Source: Deltaproteobacteria bacterium
GTDB taxonomy: Bacteria > Desulfobacterota > Syntrophia > Syntrophales > UBA8958
Assembly: GCA_029561465.1 (NCBI GenBank)
Contig: JAKQIZ010000075.1
Coordinates: 1 to 58,123 of the forward strand
Reading direction: 5' to 3'
Length of the DNA: 58,123 nt
Shown here piece by piece: positions 9,391 through 19,114 of this stretch. Position numbers and translations under genes: made by a program. Position 1 is the first letter of the stretch. Every line of letters begins with the position of its first letter. The notes under the pieces were generated by a model, which searched no databases, was not told the DNA's origin, and worked only from the letters and a program-made list of their open reading frames with translations.

Positions 9391-10875
9391 TCATTTTGTC
9401 GGCACCGGGACAGAGGTGAGGAGATACTTGAGGTCCTCGTCCTCGAAACGGAGCGACACCCCTACATAGGGGGAACTGTTACCCTGGTCGCTGATGAAAT
9501 CATCCCAGCCGGCGTTGAGGTAAATGTTCTTCAGGAGGCGGATTTCTCCCCCGGCCTTGAGATGGGCCTTCCGGTCCACGGAGAAGTCGAAGGCCTCGAA
9601 GGTAAGCCGCAGCTTGTCCTGGAAGGTGAGAAAGTCCAGGCCGACCCCTCCCGTGGATTCGAATATGCCGCCGCGGAGTACGACATCCTGAAAACGCTTG
9701 CCCAACTGGGCATTGAACAAGAGACCGCTCCGGTCCCACTCGGTGATGGTCGTTGTCGCTCCTCCCTGAGTGATGTCCTTGACGGTCCGGCGTCCTCTGG
9801 GGTCCACCGCCAGGCCGAGGAGATAGAAGTAGTCCTGACGCGGCTGGATGCGCAGATCGAGATAACTCTTGGCGTCGCTCTTGTCGGTGAGGTATTCCCC
9901 CCGGTAGCTGATAAAGGTTCTGAACTGCTCGCTTTTATTAACAAACTTATTTATCCCTCCCAGGGTTTTGTTCAGGTTGTTAACCGTTTCATCGTCGTTG
10001 ACGAGCTTGCCTATGGTCCCCTGGCCCTTGTTGATCTTGTCGGAGACCTCCTGCAGACTGGCCATGGTTTTATGGAGTTTTTCCGCCATCTGTTTGTCTT
10101 TGACCAGTTGGCCCACAGTTCCCTCCCCGCGCTGGATACCGGCGGTGATGTCGTTTAGGGCAACAAAGGTCTTTTCCATCTGGCTGGAAGCCCCCCGGAG
10201 GCTCTCGATGACCTGGGCGATCTTCTCGTCATTCTGGACGACGACCCGGTTCAGATTGCCCGTCAACTGGCGGGTGTTTTCCAGCATGGCCCGGAGATTG
10301 GCCTCGTTGTTCATGACCACGGCATTGAGGTTGCGGGTCAGCAGCCGGGTGTTCTCCAGGATCGCCCCCATGGATTCCTCGCCGGCCCTGCCGCCCATGA
10401 CCTTGCTCAGGGAGCCGGTAACCGTTTTGACGTCCTCGGCAATGGAAGCGAGCTGATTGAGGAGTTTGTCCACGTCGGCCTGGCGCTCCACCCGGGTGAT
10501 GCTCTCGCCGGCCTGGAGCAGCGCCGTTCCCTGGGTGCCCGGAATCACCTCGATATATTTGTCCCCGAGGATGCCGTGGGTCTTGATGGCCGCGGTAACA
10601 TCTCTTTCCAGCTTCACCTCGCCCGGCAGGCGGATACTCACCAGCGCCCGGCCGTTTTTCAGACGGATTGTCTCCACCCGCCCCACCTCGACGCCGGCTA
10701 TTTGGACGGAGGCGCCGGTGGCGAGACCGGCGGCATTATCGAACTCCACATCCACCAGATAGCCCCGTTGGAAGCTGAAGCCCCGCTGTCCCACCTGAAA
10801 GGACATATAACCGAGGACGATCAGGCCGATCAAAACGAACAGACCGACTTTCGCCTCGGAGCTGATTGCATTCAT
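9391..10875 (-). CDS. mlaD: MCE/MlaD family protein with long helical extension
   Basis: EAKVGLFV anchor, FDNAAGL...VQIAGVEVGRV, GILGDKYIEV, GTIGKLVND repeats. Confidence 0.92.
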   Translation of the reverse strand: MNAISSEAKVGLFVLIGLIVLGYMSFQVGQRGFSFQRGYLVDVEFDNAAGLATGASVQIAGVEVGRVETIRLKNGRALVSIRLPGEVKLERDVTAAIKTHGILGDKYIEVIPGTQGTALLQAGESITRVERQADVDKLLNQLASIAEDVKTVTGSLSKVMGGRAGEESMGAILENTRLLTRNLNAVVMNNEANLRAMLENTRQLTGNLNRVVVQNDEKIAQVIESLRGASSQMEKTFVALNDITAGIQRGEGTVGQLVKDKQMAEKLHKTMASLQEVSDKINKGQGTIGKLVNDDETVNNLNKTLGGINKFVNKSEQFRTFISYRGEYLTDKSDAKSYLDLRIQPRQDYFYLLGLAVDPRGRRTVKDITQGGATTTITEWDRSGLLFNAQLGKRFQDVVLRGGIFESTGGVGLDFLTFQDKLRLTFEAFDFSVDRKAHLKAGGEIRLLKNIYLNAGWDDFISDQGNSSPYVGVSLRFEDEDLKYLLTSVPVPTK

Positions 10876-10958
10876 CCGCTCCCCCTCATTCACATTATCC
10901 GTTCAGTTCCCCTTGGCGGGGATGACATGCCAAGGCATCCGTTCCCGAAGGGTTTCCT

Positions 10959-11717
10959 TCACATGATCCGGATCGGCCCCTCGATGCTTCCCGCAAGAAA
11001 CTGTTTGATCACCGGGTCCCGGGACGCCCGGATATCCTCCGGCGTGCCCTGGGCGATGATGCCCCCTTCATAAAGCATGGCGATCCTGTGCCCGATCCGG
11101 AAGATGGACTGGAGATCGTGACTGATGACGACACAGGTCAACCGGAATTCTTCCTGGGTCTCCATGATCAGTTGGTTGATGGCCTCCGTCATCACCGGAT
11201 CGAGGCCCGTCGTCGGCTCGTCGAACAGAACGATCTGGGGGCGCAGGGCTATTGCCCGGGCCAAGCCCACCCTTTTGCGCATGCCGCCGCTCAGTTCCGA
11301 GGGCATCTTCTTCTCCGTCCCGGAGAGGCCCACGGCCCGGAGGCAGTCGGAAACGATCTCCCGGATCTCCTTCTCCTTCAGTCGGGCGTGTTCCCGGAGG
11401 GGAAAAGCGACGTTTTCCCCCACCGTCATGGAATCGAAGAGGGCGGCCTCCTGGAAGAGCATACCAAATTTCTTTCTGATTTCGTTTAGTTCCCGGTCGT
11501 TGAGACGGGTCATATCGACACCGTCCACCAATACCTGCCCCCGCTCGGGCTTCATGAGACCGATGATGTGCTTGAGCAGGACACTCTTTCCACCGCCGCT
11601 GAGGCCGATGATAACCGTGGTCTTGCCGTCTTCGATGGACAGGTTCAGGCCGGTCAGGACCCGGTGCTTCCCGAAGGACTTATGTACGTCGATCAGTTCG
11701 ATCATCCCTGTCCCCAT
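10959..11717 (-). CDS. mlaF: MlaF/Ttg2A ABC ATP-binding protein
   Basis: Walker A GLSGGGKS, ELSGGMRKRVGLARA, FDEPTTGLDP. Confidence 0.92.
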   Translation of the reverse strand: MGTGMIELIDVHKSFGKHRVLTGLNLSIEDGKTTVIIGLSGGGKSVLLKHIIGLMKPERGQVLVDGVDMTRLNDRELNEIRKKFGMLFQEAALFDSMTVGENVAFPLREHARLKEKEIREIVSDCLRAVGLSGTEKKMPSELSGGMRKRVGLARAIALRPQIVLFDEPTTGLDPVMTEAINQLIMETQEEFRLTCVVISHDLQSIFRIGHRIAMLYEGGIIAQGTPEDIRASRDPVIKQFLAGSIEGPIRIM

Positions 11718-11720
11718 GCC

Positions 11721-12500
11721 TCAAAACATCAGCGCCGTCAAAAAATAATCGCTGATCAGGATCGTGATAGAGGCCAAAACCACTGCTTCCGTCGTCGCCC
11801 GGCCCACCCCTTCCGCCCCGCCGGTGGCATGGAAGCCCTTGTAGCAGCCCACGAGGGAAAGGATCAGGCCGAAACAGGCGGCCTTGACCAAACCGTTGAA
11901 TATATCGCTTAGTTCCACCATCTTGGTAATGTTCTTCATGAAAATGCCAGAATTGATGTTCAGGAGCCCCACGCCGACAAAATAACCGCCCACGATGCCT
12001 ACAAAATCGCTGATGATGGTCAGAAAGGGCACCATAATGACGCCGGCAATGACACGGGGGACAATCAGATACTGGATGGGATTGGCAGCCATAACATAGA
12101 GTGCGTCCACCTGTTCGGTCACCTTCATGGTGCCGATCTCCGCCGCCATGGCCGAACCGGCCCGAGCCGTCACCATGAGGGAGGTAAGAACGGGCCCCAG
12201 CTCCCTGGTCATCCCCAGGGCCACGGTCGCCCCCACCATGCCCTCGGCGCTGAACATCCGAAAGCCGTGATACCCCTGGAGGGCCATGACCATACCGGTA
12301 AACATGCCGGTGAGCACCACCACAAAGATGGAGCGGACGCCCACAAATTCCATCTGTTTGAAGATCAGGCGGAGGCGCAGGGGCGGCCGGAACATCCACC
12401 CCAGGACGGAAATGAACAGGAGGACGATCCGCCCCATTTCTTCTACGGAATAGAGGACGGACCTCCCCAGGGCATCTATCGCCTTGGTGACTCTGCCCAT
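11721..12500 (-). CDS. mlaE: MlaE ABC permease
   Basis: RELGPVLTSLMVTARAGSAMAAEIGTMKVTEQVDAL, GGAEGVGRATT. Confidence 0.93.
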   Translation of the reverse strand: MGRVTKAIDALGRSVLYSVEEMGRIVLLFISVLGWMFRPPLRLRLIFKQMEFVGVRSIFVVVLTGMFTGMVMALQGYHGFRMFSAEGMVGATVALGMTRELGPVLTSLMVTARAGSAMAAEIGTMKVTEQVDALYVMAANPIQYLIVPRVIAGVIMVPFLTIISDFVGIVGGYFVGVGLLNINSGIFMKNITKMVELSDIFNGLVKAACFGLILSLVGCYKGFHATGGAEGVGRATTEAVVLASITILISDYFLTALMF

Positions 12501-12501
12501 G

Positions 12502-13572
12502 CTACAGCGGGCCCCTTTTGGCGCTGTGAGCCCGCAGGGCGGCGTCGATAATCCGGCTGATCAGACCGGTCTGGGTAATGCCTGCCGCCGCCGCCTGATG
12601 AAACAACACCGTGGACGGGGTCATCCCCGGCAGGGTGTTGGGCTCGAGGACGGCCACCCGGCCATCGGTCCTCACGAACATGTCGATGCGGGCATAGCCT
12701 TTGAGGTCCAGGGTGGCAAAGGCAGCCAGGGCCGTATCCTGAACCCTTTTCAAGACCTCCGTGGGCAGGCGGGCCGGGGTTTTGTTCTCTCCCTGTCCGT
12801 AGAGGAACTTGTCCTCCAGGGAGAGGATTTCGGCCGTGGGGATTGTCTCCGAAGGGATGAGGGCCAGCGGGGGATCGTCATCCAGAACGCCGCAGGTGAC
12901 CTCCGTTCCCGTGAGAAATTCCTCCACCAGGACGACATTGTCCCATTCCAGGGCGGATAAGACTGCCTCAGCCACCCCCGCTCCCGACATAACCTTCTTG
13001 ACAGCGGTGCTGCATCCCTCCCGGGTGGGTTTAACCACGCAGGGGAAGCCGATCTCCCGCTCCACCCGGGCCAGGATCTCCTCCCGGCCGCCGCCGTCCC
13101 ACGCCCGGCGATAAACGGGGATGGTAGCCGGAACATCGATGCCGTTCATGGCCAGGATCCGGCGGCAGACGTACTTGTCCATGCCGAGAGCGGAACCGAG
13201 GACTCCCGATCCCGTATAGGGGATTCCCAGCAATTCCAGGAGACCCTGCATACAGCCGTCCTCACCGTATTTGCCGTGGAGTCCCAGGCAGACCATATCG
13301 GCCTTTTCTTTCATGGTTTCATAGGGAACGCGTTGCGCCTCGGTTTCCAGATCATCCTCGATATCCCGGGTGCTGTTCCTCATAAGGAGCTTCAGGGGGA
13401 TCTCCCAGAGCCGCGCCTGGGAGTCCATGAATACGGCCAGGGGGGAGAAACGTTTCCGGTCCATCTTACTGAAGATATTCCGTCCGCTCTCCAGGGATAC
13501 CTCCCTTTCCGAGGATACTCCCCCCATAATAACCGCGACTCTGAGTTTTTCCGTTCCCGTCTGCTCCGCCAT
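12502..13572 (-). CDS. ddl: D-Ala-D-Ala ligase family ATP-grasp protein (paralogue B)
   Basis: MGGVSSEREVSLESG, LHGKYGEDG, ALGMDK, ARIDMF, EPNTLPGMT. Confidence 0.88.
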   Translation of the reverse strand: MAEQTGTEKLRVAVIMGGVSSEREVSLESGRNIFSKMDRKRFSPLAVFMDSQARLWEIPLKLLMRNSTRDIEDDLETEAQRVPYETMKEKADMVCLGLHGKYGEDGCMQGLLELLGIPYTGSGVLGSALGMDKYVCRRILAMNGIDVPATIPVYRRAWDGGGREEILARVEREIGFPCVVKPTREGCSTAVKKVMSGAGVAEAVLSALEWDNVVLVEEFLTGTEVTCGVLDDDPPLALIPSETIPTAEILSLEDKFLYGQGENKTPARLPTEVLKRVQDTALAAFATLDLKGYARIDMFVRTDGRVAVLEPNTLPGMTPSTVLFHQAAAAGITQTGLISRIIDAALRAHSAKRGPL

Positions 13573-13695
13573 AATCTACTCCATCCCCATCGAAATCTTT
13601 CCCCTTTGCAGGAAAGGCAATAAAAAAATCCGCCCGTCGCCTCTTTGCCGGCGTCTAATCATCCGTTGCCCATGGACTTCTACCTACCGCCCGTT

Positions 13696-14751
13696 TCACA
13701 ATGGCCCTTTCTTCTCCCGGTGGATGGCCAGGGCGTTCTCGATCAACGTGGTGATGATCATCGACGGCAGCATCCCGGCGCTGGCCGCCTGCTCGAAGAA
13801 GAACGAGGAGGGGGCCATCCCGGAAGAGGAATTCGGATCGGTGATGAGAATCCGGCCGTCGGGGAGATAAAAGCCATCGATGCGGCCATAGGAACGAAAT
13901 CCCAGCACTTCAAAGGCCCGGCGGGCCTCTTCCTTGATCCGGGCCACCACCTCCGAGGGGATATTCTTCGGCGGGGTGAATTTCCGGCAACGGCCGGGCA
14001 TGTACTTGTCGTCATAGGTGTAGAAGTCGCTCTGGGGATGGATCTCCGTCAGGTCCAGGGGCATGATTTCCCCATCCTGTTCGAGGATGATGGCGGAAAA
14101 CTCGATGCCGGTGAGGAACTCCTCCGCCAGGGCGACCCGGTCCCAGCGGAAAGCCTCCTCGAGGGTCCCGGCGATATCGTCCGCCGCCGCGATCTTGCCC
14201 ACGCCGACGCTCGATCCCTCCCGGACCGGCTTGATGAAGAAGGGCAGCTCAAAGTTTTGGAGCAGTTTTTTCGTCACCGCTTCCGGCGCCCGCCGCCATT
14301 CCCCCTCATGGACAGCCACGCTTACCGGCACGGCAATCCCCGCCGCCGCCAGGATCTTCTGTTGGATATGCTTGTCCATTCCCAGGGCAGAGGCCAGAAC
14401 CCCGGGCCCCGTATAGGGAATTCCGAGGAGTTCGAGCAGACCCTGGATGCAGCCGTCGTCGCCGTACTTGCCATGAAGGGAGATGAATGCGAAATCGATC
14501 CGCCCCTTGAGATCCTCATAGGGAATCCGCCGGGCCTCGACGGTCAGGCGCTCGCCGATATCCACCGTCGTGTTCTGGGAGACGAGCTGCCAGGGGATCT
14601 CCCATATGCCGCCGGCGGCATCCATGAACAGGGGGACTCCGTGAAAGAACTCCGGATCGAGATTGTCATAAACATTCCGGCCGCTGTTGAGGGACACCTC
14701 CCGCTCCGACGACATACCACCCAGAATGATTCCCACTCTCAGTTTTTCCAT
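13696..14751 (-). CDS. ddl: D-Ala-D-Ala ligase family ATP-grasp protein (paralogue A)
   Basis: ATG 14751 after GGAGG; LGGMSSEREVSLNSG, LHGKYGDDG, KPVREGSSVGV, FYTYDDKY, GRIDGF. Confidence 0.88.
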   Translation of the reverse strand: MEKLRVGIILGGMSSEREVSLNSGRNVYDNLDPEFFHGVPLFMDAAGGIWEIPWQLVSQNTTVDIGERLTVEARRIPYEDLKGRIDFAFISLHGKYGDDGCIQGLLELLGIPYTGPGVLASALGMDKHIQQKILAAAGIAVPVSVAVHEGEWRRAPEAVTKKLLQNFELPFFIKPVREGSSVGVGKIAAADDIAGTLEEAFRWDRVALAEEFLTGIEFSAIILEQDGEIMPLDLTEIHPQSDFYTYDDKYMPGRCRKFTPPKNIPSEVVARIKEEARRAFEVLGFRSYGRIDGFYLPDGRILITDPNSSSGMAPSSFFFEQAASAGMLPSMIITTLIENALAIHREKKGPL

Positions 14752-14768
14752 CCGCCTCCAGAACCTCC

Positions 14769-16733
14769 TTATGAATCCCAGATAAAGGTGACACCGCTGT
14801 TCGGGAAGACCCAGGTATGATTGGGAACCCGCAGCCGTATATATCGGCCCCTTTCCCTGATCACCTCCGGATACGGCTGTTTGCCGGCGAAGAAACTTAC
14901 CTCCCGGACGTGCCGGAATCCCGTTTGTTCGTAATGGAAGGAGATATCGAGACCCCGAGTCGGATACACGATATAGACGGAGAAGATATTGTTCGCCCGC
15001 GATTTTTTCGTGAAGATCTCGATGGCGATTTCCACCTCGGTGTTGAGCTTGTCCCGCAGGCTGTCGCTGCTGCACCAGACCTCGTAGCCCCGAGAGGTCA
15101 TCTCAGTGCGGACGATGGGCACGTCCCGGCCGTCCACGGCAACCCCGGCAACCAGAAAATTACGCTCCATGACCGGATGTTCCCCCTTGCTCATCAGCCA
15201 GCGGTATTCGCAGCGGGGATCCTCGAAAAACGCCGCCAACTGCTCTTCGTCGAAGGCGCAGCCGATAAGAAAGGTGTCGTTTTTCAAAGTTTTTCGGTAT
15301 GCCACCCGGGTGGTTACGTCCAGGGAGTCGCCGCGACGGCCGGCGGGTCCGCCGTTCTCCCCCGCGGATTCGGCCACGGTGATATCATACCGGAAGTCTT
15401 CCCGCAACTCCAACTGGCGGTCCTCCTTGCCAAAGAGGGTCTCGAACATCTCATAGTAGATGGCGTTCCCCAATTCCTCACTCCGGGCCCGGGTCTGAAA
15501 ACATTGGCGGATGATGCTGTCGATCCGGTCGATGGAACGCTCCTCTCCGGGGACATAGATCCGCCGGAGCCGGGGCAGGACGCTGTCCGCCTTTCCCTTG
15601 TGGAGAAAGAGCCGGGGAGCCCTTTTGCCCAGGGCACAGAGGATTTCGTAGCTGATGCTTCCCACCCTTCTGGCGATCTCGTTGGCGGAGATCGCTTCAT
15701 GCCCCTGGCGCCCCATGAGCACCACCTCGTCGTCAACCTGGCACTCGGGGATCTCGCTCACATCCACGGTGCACATGTCCATGGAAACACGCCCGACGAC
15801 GGGCACCCGTTTTCCTCGAATCAGCACCTCCCCCTGATTGGAGAGGATGACGCCGTAACCGTCGCCGTAACCGACGGGAATGGTGGCAATCCGTGTCGGT
15901 CTCGTCGTGATATAGGTGCGGTTGTAGCCGATGCTGTAACCCTTGGGGAAATCCTTCAGGAGGACGACGCGCGTCTTGAAGGACATCACCGGTAGGAGGT
16001 CCGCCTTGTCCTTTGTTTCCGAGGAGGGATAGATGCCGTAGGACATGAGCCCCGGGCGCACCATGTCCAGGTTGAATTGGGGATAGTTCAGGATGGCGCC
16101 GCTGTTGGACATGTGCCGGATGGGGATGCGGATCCCCTCCTCGGCCAGTTTCGCCAGCAGGCGGTGGAACAGCTCCGCTTGAGATTCATTGTAGTCCTGC
16201 AGGGTTTCACTGGCTGCCAAATGGGTGAAAAGCCCTTCCACAATCAGATCCGGAAGCGCCAGGATGTTCTTGATGGTCTGCTGGGCCTCGTAATAAAGTG
16301 TTCCGCCCCGCCCCATCCCCGTATCCACCTCGATATGGACGGGAAGACGGACGTGGGCCTGGGCGCAACGATCCTGCAGGGTCCGGGCGAAATGGAGATC
16401 GGAGACGGAAGGGGTGAGGTTGTACTTGATGATCTCGCCGATTTCCCCTTCTGGAGAGGGGCTGAGGATGACGATGGGGGCCATAAGCCCGCTGACCCGG
16501 AGCTGCACCCCTTCGTCAGCGTTGGCGACCCCCAGATAGACGGCGCCGTTTTTCAGGGCCGCCTCGGCGATCTCGATGGCCCCGTGACCGTAAGCATCAG
16601 CCTTTACCACCTGGAGGATCTTGACGCCCGGCCTGACCAGGCGTTTCATCTCCTTCCAGTTCCGGGCGAAATAGTCGAGATCGACCTCCACCCAGCTCCG
16701 ATACTTATGGACTTCCCGGTAGGACATGGTCAT
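14769..16733 (-). CDS. alr: Alanine racemase with ~275-aa C-terminal extension
   Basis: VVKADAYGHG PLP lysine, VDTGMGRGG, IGYNRTY catalytic Tyr, VGYGDG, VGRVSMD, ISYEILC; start overlaps the cyclase stop (ATGA). Confidence 0.92.
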   Translation of the reverse strand: MTMSYREVHKYRSWVEVDLDYFARNWKEMKRLVRPGVKILQVVKADAYGHGAIEIAEAALKNGAVYLGVANADEGVQLRVSGLMAPIVILSPSPEGEIGEIIKYNLTPSVSDLHFARTLQDRCAQAHVRLPVHIEVDTGMGRGGTLYYEAQQTIKNILALPDLIVEGLFTHLAASETLQDYNESQAELFHRLLAKLAEEGIRIPIRHMSNSGAILNYPQFNLDMVRPGLMSYGIYPSSETKDKADLLPVMSFKTRVVLLKDFPKGYSIGYNRTYITTRPTRIATIPVGYGDGYGVILSNQGEVLIRGKRVPVVGRVSMDMCTVDVSEIPECQVDDEVVLMGRQGHEAISANEIARRVGSISYEILCALGKRAPRLFLHKGKADSVLPRLRRIYVPGEERSIDRIDSIIRQCFQTRARSEELGNAIYYEMFETLFGKEDRQLELREDFRYDITVAESAGENGGPAGRRGDSLDVTTRVAYRKTLKNDTFLIGCAFDEEQLAAFFEDPRCEYRWLMSKGEHPVMERNFLVAGVAVDGRDVPIVRTEMTSRGYEVWCSSDSLRDKLNTEVEIAIEIFTKKSRANNIFSVYIVYPTRGLDISFHYEQTGFRHVREVSFFAGKQPYPEVIRERGRYIRLRVPNHTWVFPNSGVTFIWDS

Positions 16734-18886
16734 TTCCTGGTCATGGTGAACACGCCGTCCCATTCACCTTCCGGAGGATTTTCCTTCAGATCCTGACAGC
16801 GCTGAATATACAGCTTCGCCGGCGGATCGTCGGGACGAATTTCCAGAACGCTTTTGAAAGCCGCGATGCCCTCATCCCAGCGGGCGGCCTTGTAGTGCGC
16901 CAGTCCCGCATGGAAACGCCCGATGTACTCCTCGTGTTCCGCCGCATCCTTCCGCTCACAGATCAACTCGTAGATCTTCACGGGCAGCTTCTTCCCCTTG
17001 ACGCGCACTGCGTCCAACTCCCGACAGAACACCTCCTCTTTCACCACTTCATAGGTAAATTCACTGATGACGATATGGGTCCCATACTCCTTGTTGATCC
17101 CCTCGAGGCGGGAGCTGAGATTCACGTTGTCGCCCATGACGGTATAATCGAAGCGCATATTGGAACCCATGTTGCCTACGACCATGTCGCCGCTGTTGAT
17201 GCCGACCCCGATGTCCACAAAGGGCCGCCCTTCCGCCGCCCATTTTTGCTGCAGCCCCTTGAGGGTCGCCATCATCTCCAGTGCGGTCCGGCAACTCCGC
17301 AGGGCATGATCCGGCTGGTCCACCGGAGCGCCAAAGACGGCCATGATGGCATCGCCGATATATTTGTCGAGAAGTCCCTCATATTTGAAGACGATATCGG
17401 TCATGGCCGTCAAATACTCATTGAGGAGGTGTACGAGTTCCTCCGGGGTCAACTTTTCCGAAATGGTGGTGAAGCCACGGATATCGGAAAACATGACGGT
17501 AAGATCCTTCTTGTCGCCCCCCAGTTTCAGTTTAGTGGGATCCTTGAGCAGTTCGTTGATGACCGAGGCCGTCAGATAATACTGAAAGGCCCCACGGATC
17601 TTCTTCTTTTCCCGTTCTTCCGTAAAATACCGGTAAACGGTGATGACCAGATAGATTGTCATCATCGTAAGGACGGGATAGACCATATTGAGCCAGGTAT
17701 TGTATTTGGCAAAGATGAGTGTGTTTCCAGCCACAAAACCACCGAGGAGGACCATGACGAGAAGAATGCCTTGGAGGGCCTTAAGTCGGGGGATTGCGAT
17801 CCCGATGATCATGCCGAAAAAAATGATGCCGCAGATATCTATGAAGGTTGTCCAGGCTGATTGTTCCAGAAAATTGCCCTGGAGGATGTTTTCCACGACG
17901 GTGGCATGCAGTTCCACCCCGGGATAGACGGGACTGAAGGGGGTAACCCGGAGATCATAGATGCCCGTAGCAGTGGCCCCGACAATTACGATCTTGCCTT
18001 TGATGAGCTCGGGTGAGAGGCGTCCCGCAATAATATCTGAGATGGAATAGTGGGGAAAGGTCTTGGCGGGACCCAGATAATTAATCAAAAGCCGGCCGAT
18101 TTCATCGGTGGGGATCCGCAGGTCTCCGAGCATGACACCGTCCACGCCGAACTCGGCCAGATTGAGGACGATCATGGGATAATCGAGATACTGCATGAGA
18201 AGGGCAATGGGCAAGGAATAGTAAAAATTGTCCTGAAACTTTATGACCAGGGGCGACCAGCGGATGACCCCGTCCGGATCAGGAAACGCGTTAAAATAAC
18301 CACAGTTCTCTCCTGATTCCGCAATCGCCTTGATACTGGGAACCGGGGCGTAGGCCGTGATGAGATTGTAGTCTCCCTCATGACCCTTTTCCCGAACCAT
18401 GGAATACATGGAGCCACCGATAAGGGATCCGGAAGCATTGATGTATTCCTCGGTGAGGAACTCCACGTCTTTCATGGAGGTATGGAAAAAATAACCAAGG
18501 CTGACATTCTTCGCACTCTTAACGGATTTGGCCAGAATAGCATCGGCGGAAGGACCGGTACTCTGCTCCGGTTCGGCAAAGACGATATCGAATCCTACCG
18601 CCTTGGCTCCGTATTCTTTGAGCGAATCCACCAATTTCGCCGTCATCGATCGCGACCAGGGCCAGCGGCCGATCTCGCTGAGGCTCTTTTCATCGACGGT
18701 GGCGATAATCACCTGGCCGGTGGTGGGTAATTGTCCCCGGGATACCATACGCAGGTCCAATGCCTTCAATTCCATAAAACGCAGAAAGTGTGGATCCATG
18801 AAAAACACGACCAGGGCGAGGATCACCAGGACAATGGAAATCTTGAGCGGTGATAAAGTCATTATGTTTTTGATTGATATTTTCAT
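16730..18886 (-). CDS. CHASE2-domain membrane adenylate/guanylate cyclase (class III)
   Basis: CHASE2 GRWPWSR, DIVFAEP, PGVELHA; three TM helices; FSDIRGFT, DKYIGDAIMA, DYTVMGDNVNLSSRLEG; TPR-like tail. The K and D specificity residues favour ATP. Confidence 0.93.
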   Translation of the reverse strand: MKISIKNIMTLSPLKISIVLVILALVVFFMDPHFLRFMELKALDLRMVSRGQLPTTGQVIIATVDEKSLSEIGRWPWSRSMTAKLVDSLKEYGAKAVGFDIVFAEPEQSTGPSADAILAKSVKSAKNVSLGYFFHTSMKDVEFLTEEYINASGSLIGGSMYSMVREKGHEGDYNLITAYAPVPSIKAIAESGENCGYFNAFPDPDGVIRWSPLVIKFQDNFYYSLPIALLMQYLDYPMIVLNLAEFGVDGVMLGDLRIPTDEIGRLLINYLGPAKTFPHYSISDIIAGRLSPELIKGKIVIVGATATGIYDLRVTPFSPVYPGVELHATVVENILQGNFLEQSAWTTFIDICGIIFFGMIIGIAIPRLKALQGILLVMVLLGGFVAGNTLIFAKYNTWLNMVYPVLTMMTIYLVITVYRYFTEEREKKKIRGAFQYYLTASVINELLKDPTKLKLGGDKKDLTVMFSDIRGFTTISEKLTPEELVHLLNEYLTAMTDIVFKYEGLLDKYIGDAIMAVFGAPVDQPDHALRSCRTALEMMATLKGLQQKWAAEGRPFVDIGVGINSGDMVVGNMGSNMRFDYTVMGDNVNLSSRLEGINKEYGTHIVISEFTYEVVKEEVFCRELDAVRVKGKKLPVKIYELICERKDAAEHEEYIGRFHAGLAHYKAARWDEGIAAFKSVLEIRPDDPPAKLYIQRCQDLKENPPEGEWDGVFTMTRK

Positions 18887-19021
18887 ACTCGTCCTTATTT
18901 TTAATATGGAGAGGTGAATTTTAAATAAACCACCTGGTCTTGTCAAGGTAAATGGCCGTTTTGTCAACATACCTTATGTCTTGACAAGATGAGGATGTTG
19001 GGATAAAAGCTCGAAGCGTTC

Positions 19022-19097
19022 GCCGATGTAGCTCAGCCGGCAGAGCAGCTGATTCGTAATCAGCAGGTCGGCAGTTCGAACCTGCCCATCGGCTCCA
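19022..19097 (+). tRNA. tRNA-Thr(CGT)
   Basis: 76-nt cloverleaf with GCCGATG/CATCGGC acceptor stem, CTGAT-TCGTA-ATCAG anticodon arm, TTCGA loop and encoded CCA. Confidence 0.96.
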
Positions 19098-19114
19098 GTG
19101 AAATCAAGGGGTTA
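19050..19114 (+). repeat. attL (tRNA 3' half + 17 nt)
   Basis: 61/65 identical to 28308-28372; the first 21 nt TGATTCGTAATCAGCAGGTCG are identical. Confidence 0.9.

Noticed and set aside
14752-15075. N-terminal extension of the 459-aa Ddl ORF
   Set aside because: It overlaps alr in another frame; Ddl homology and an RBS begin at ATG 14751.
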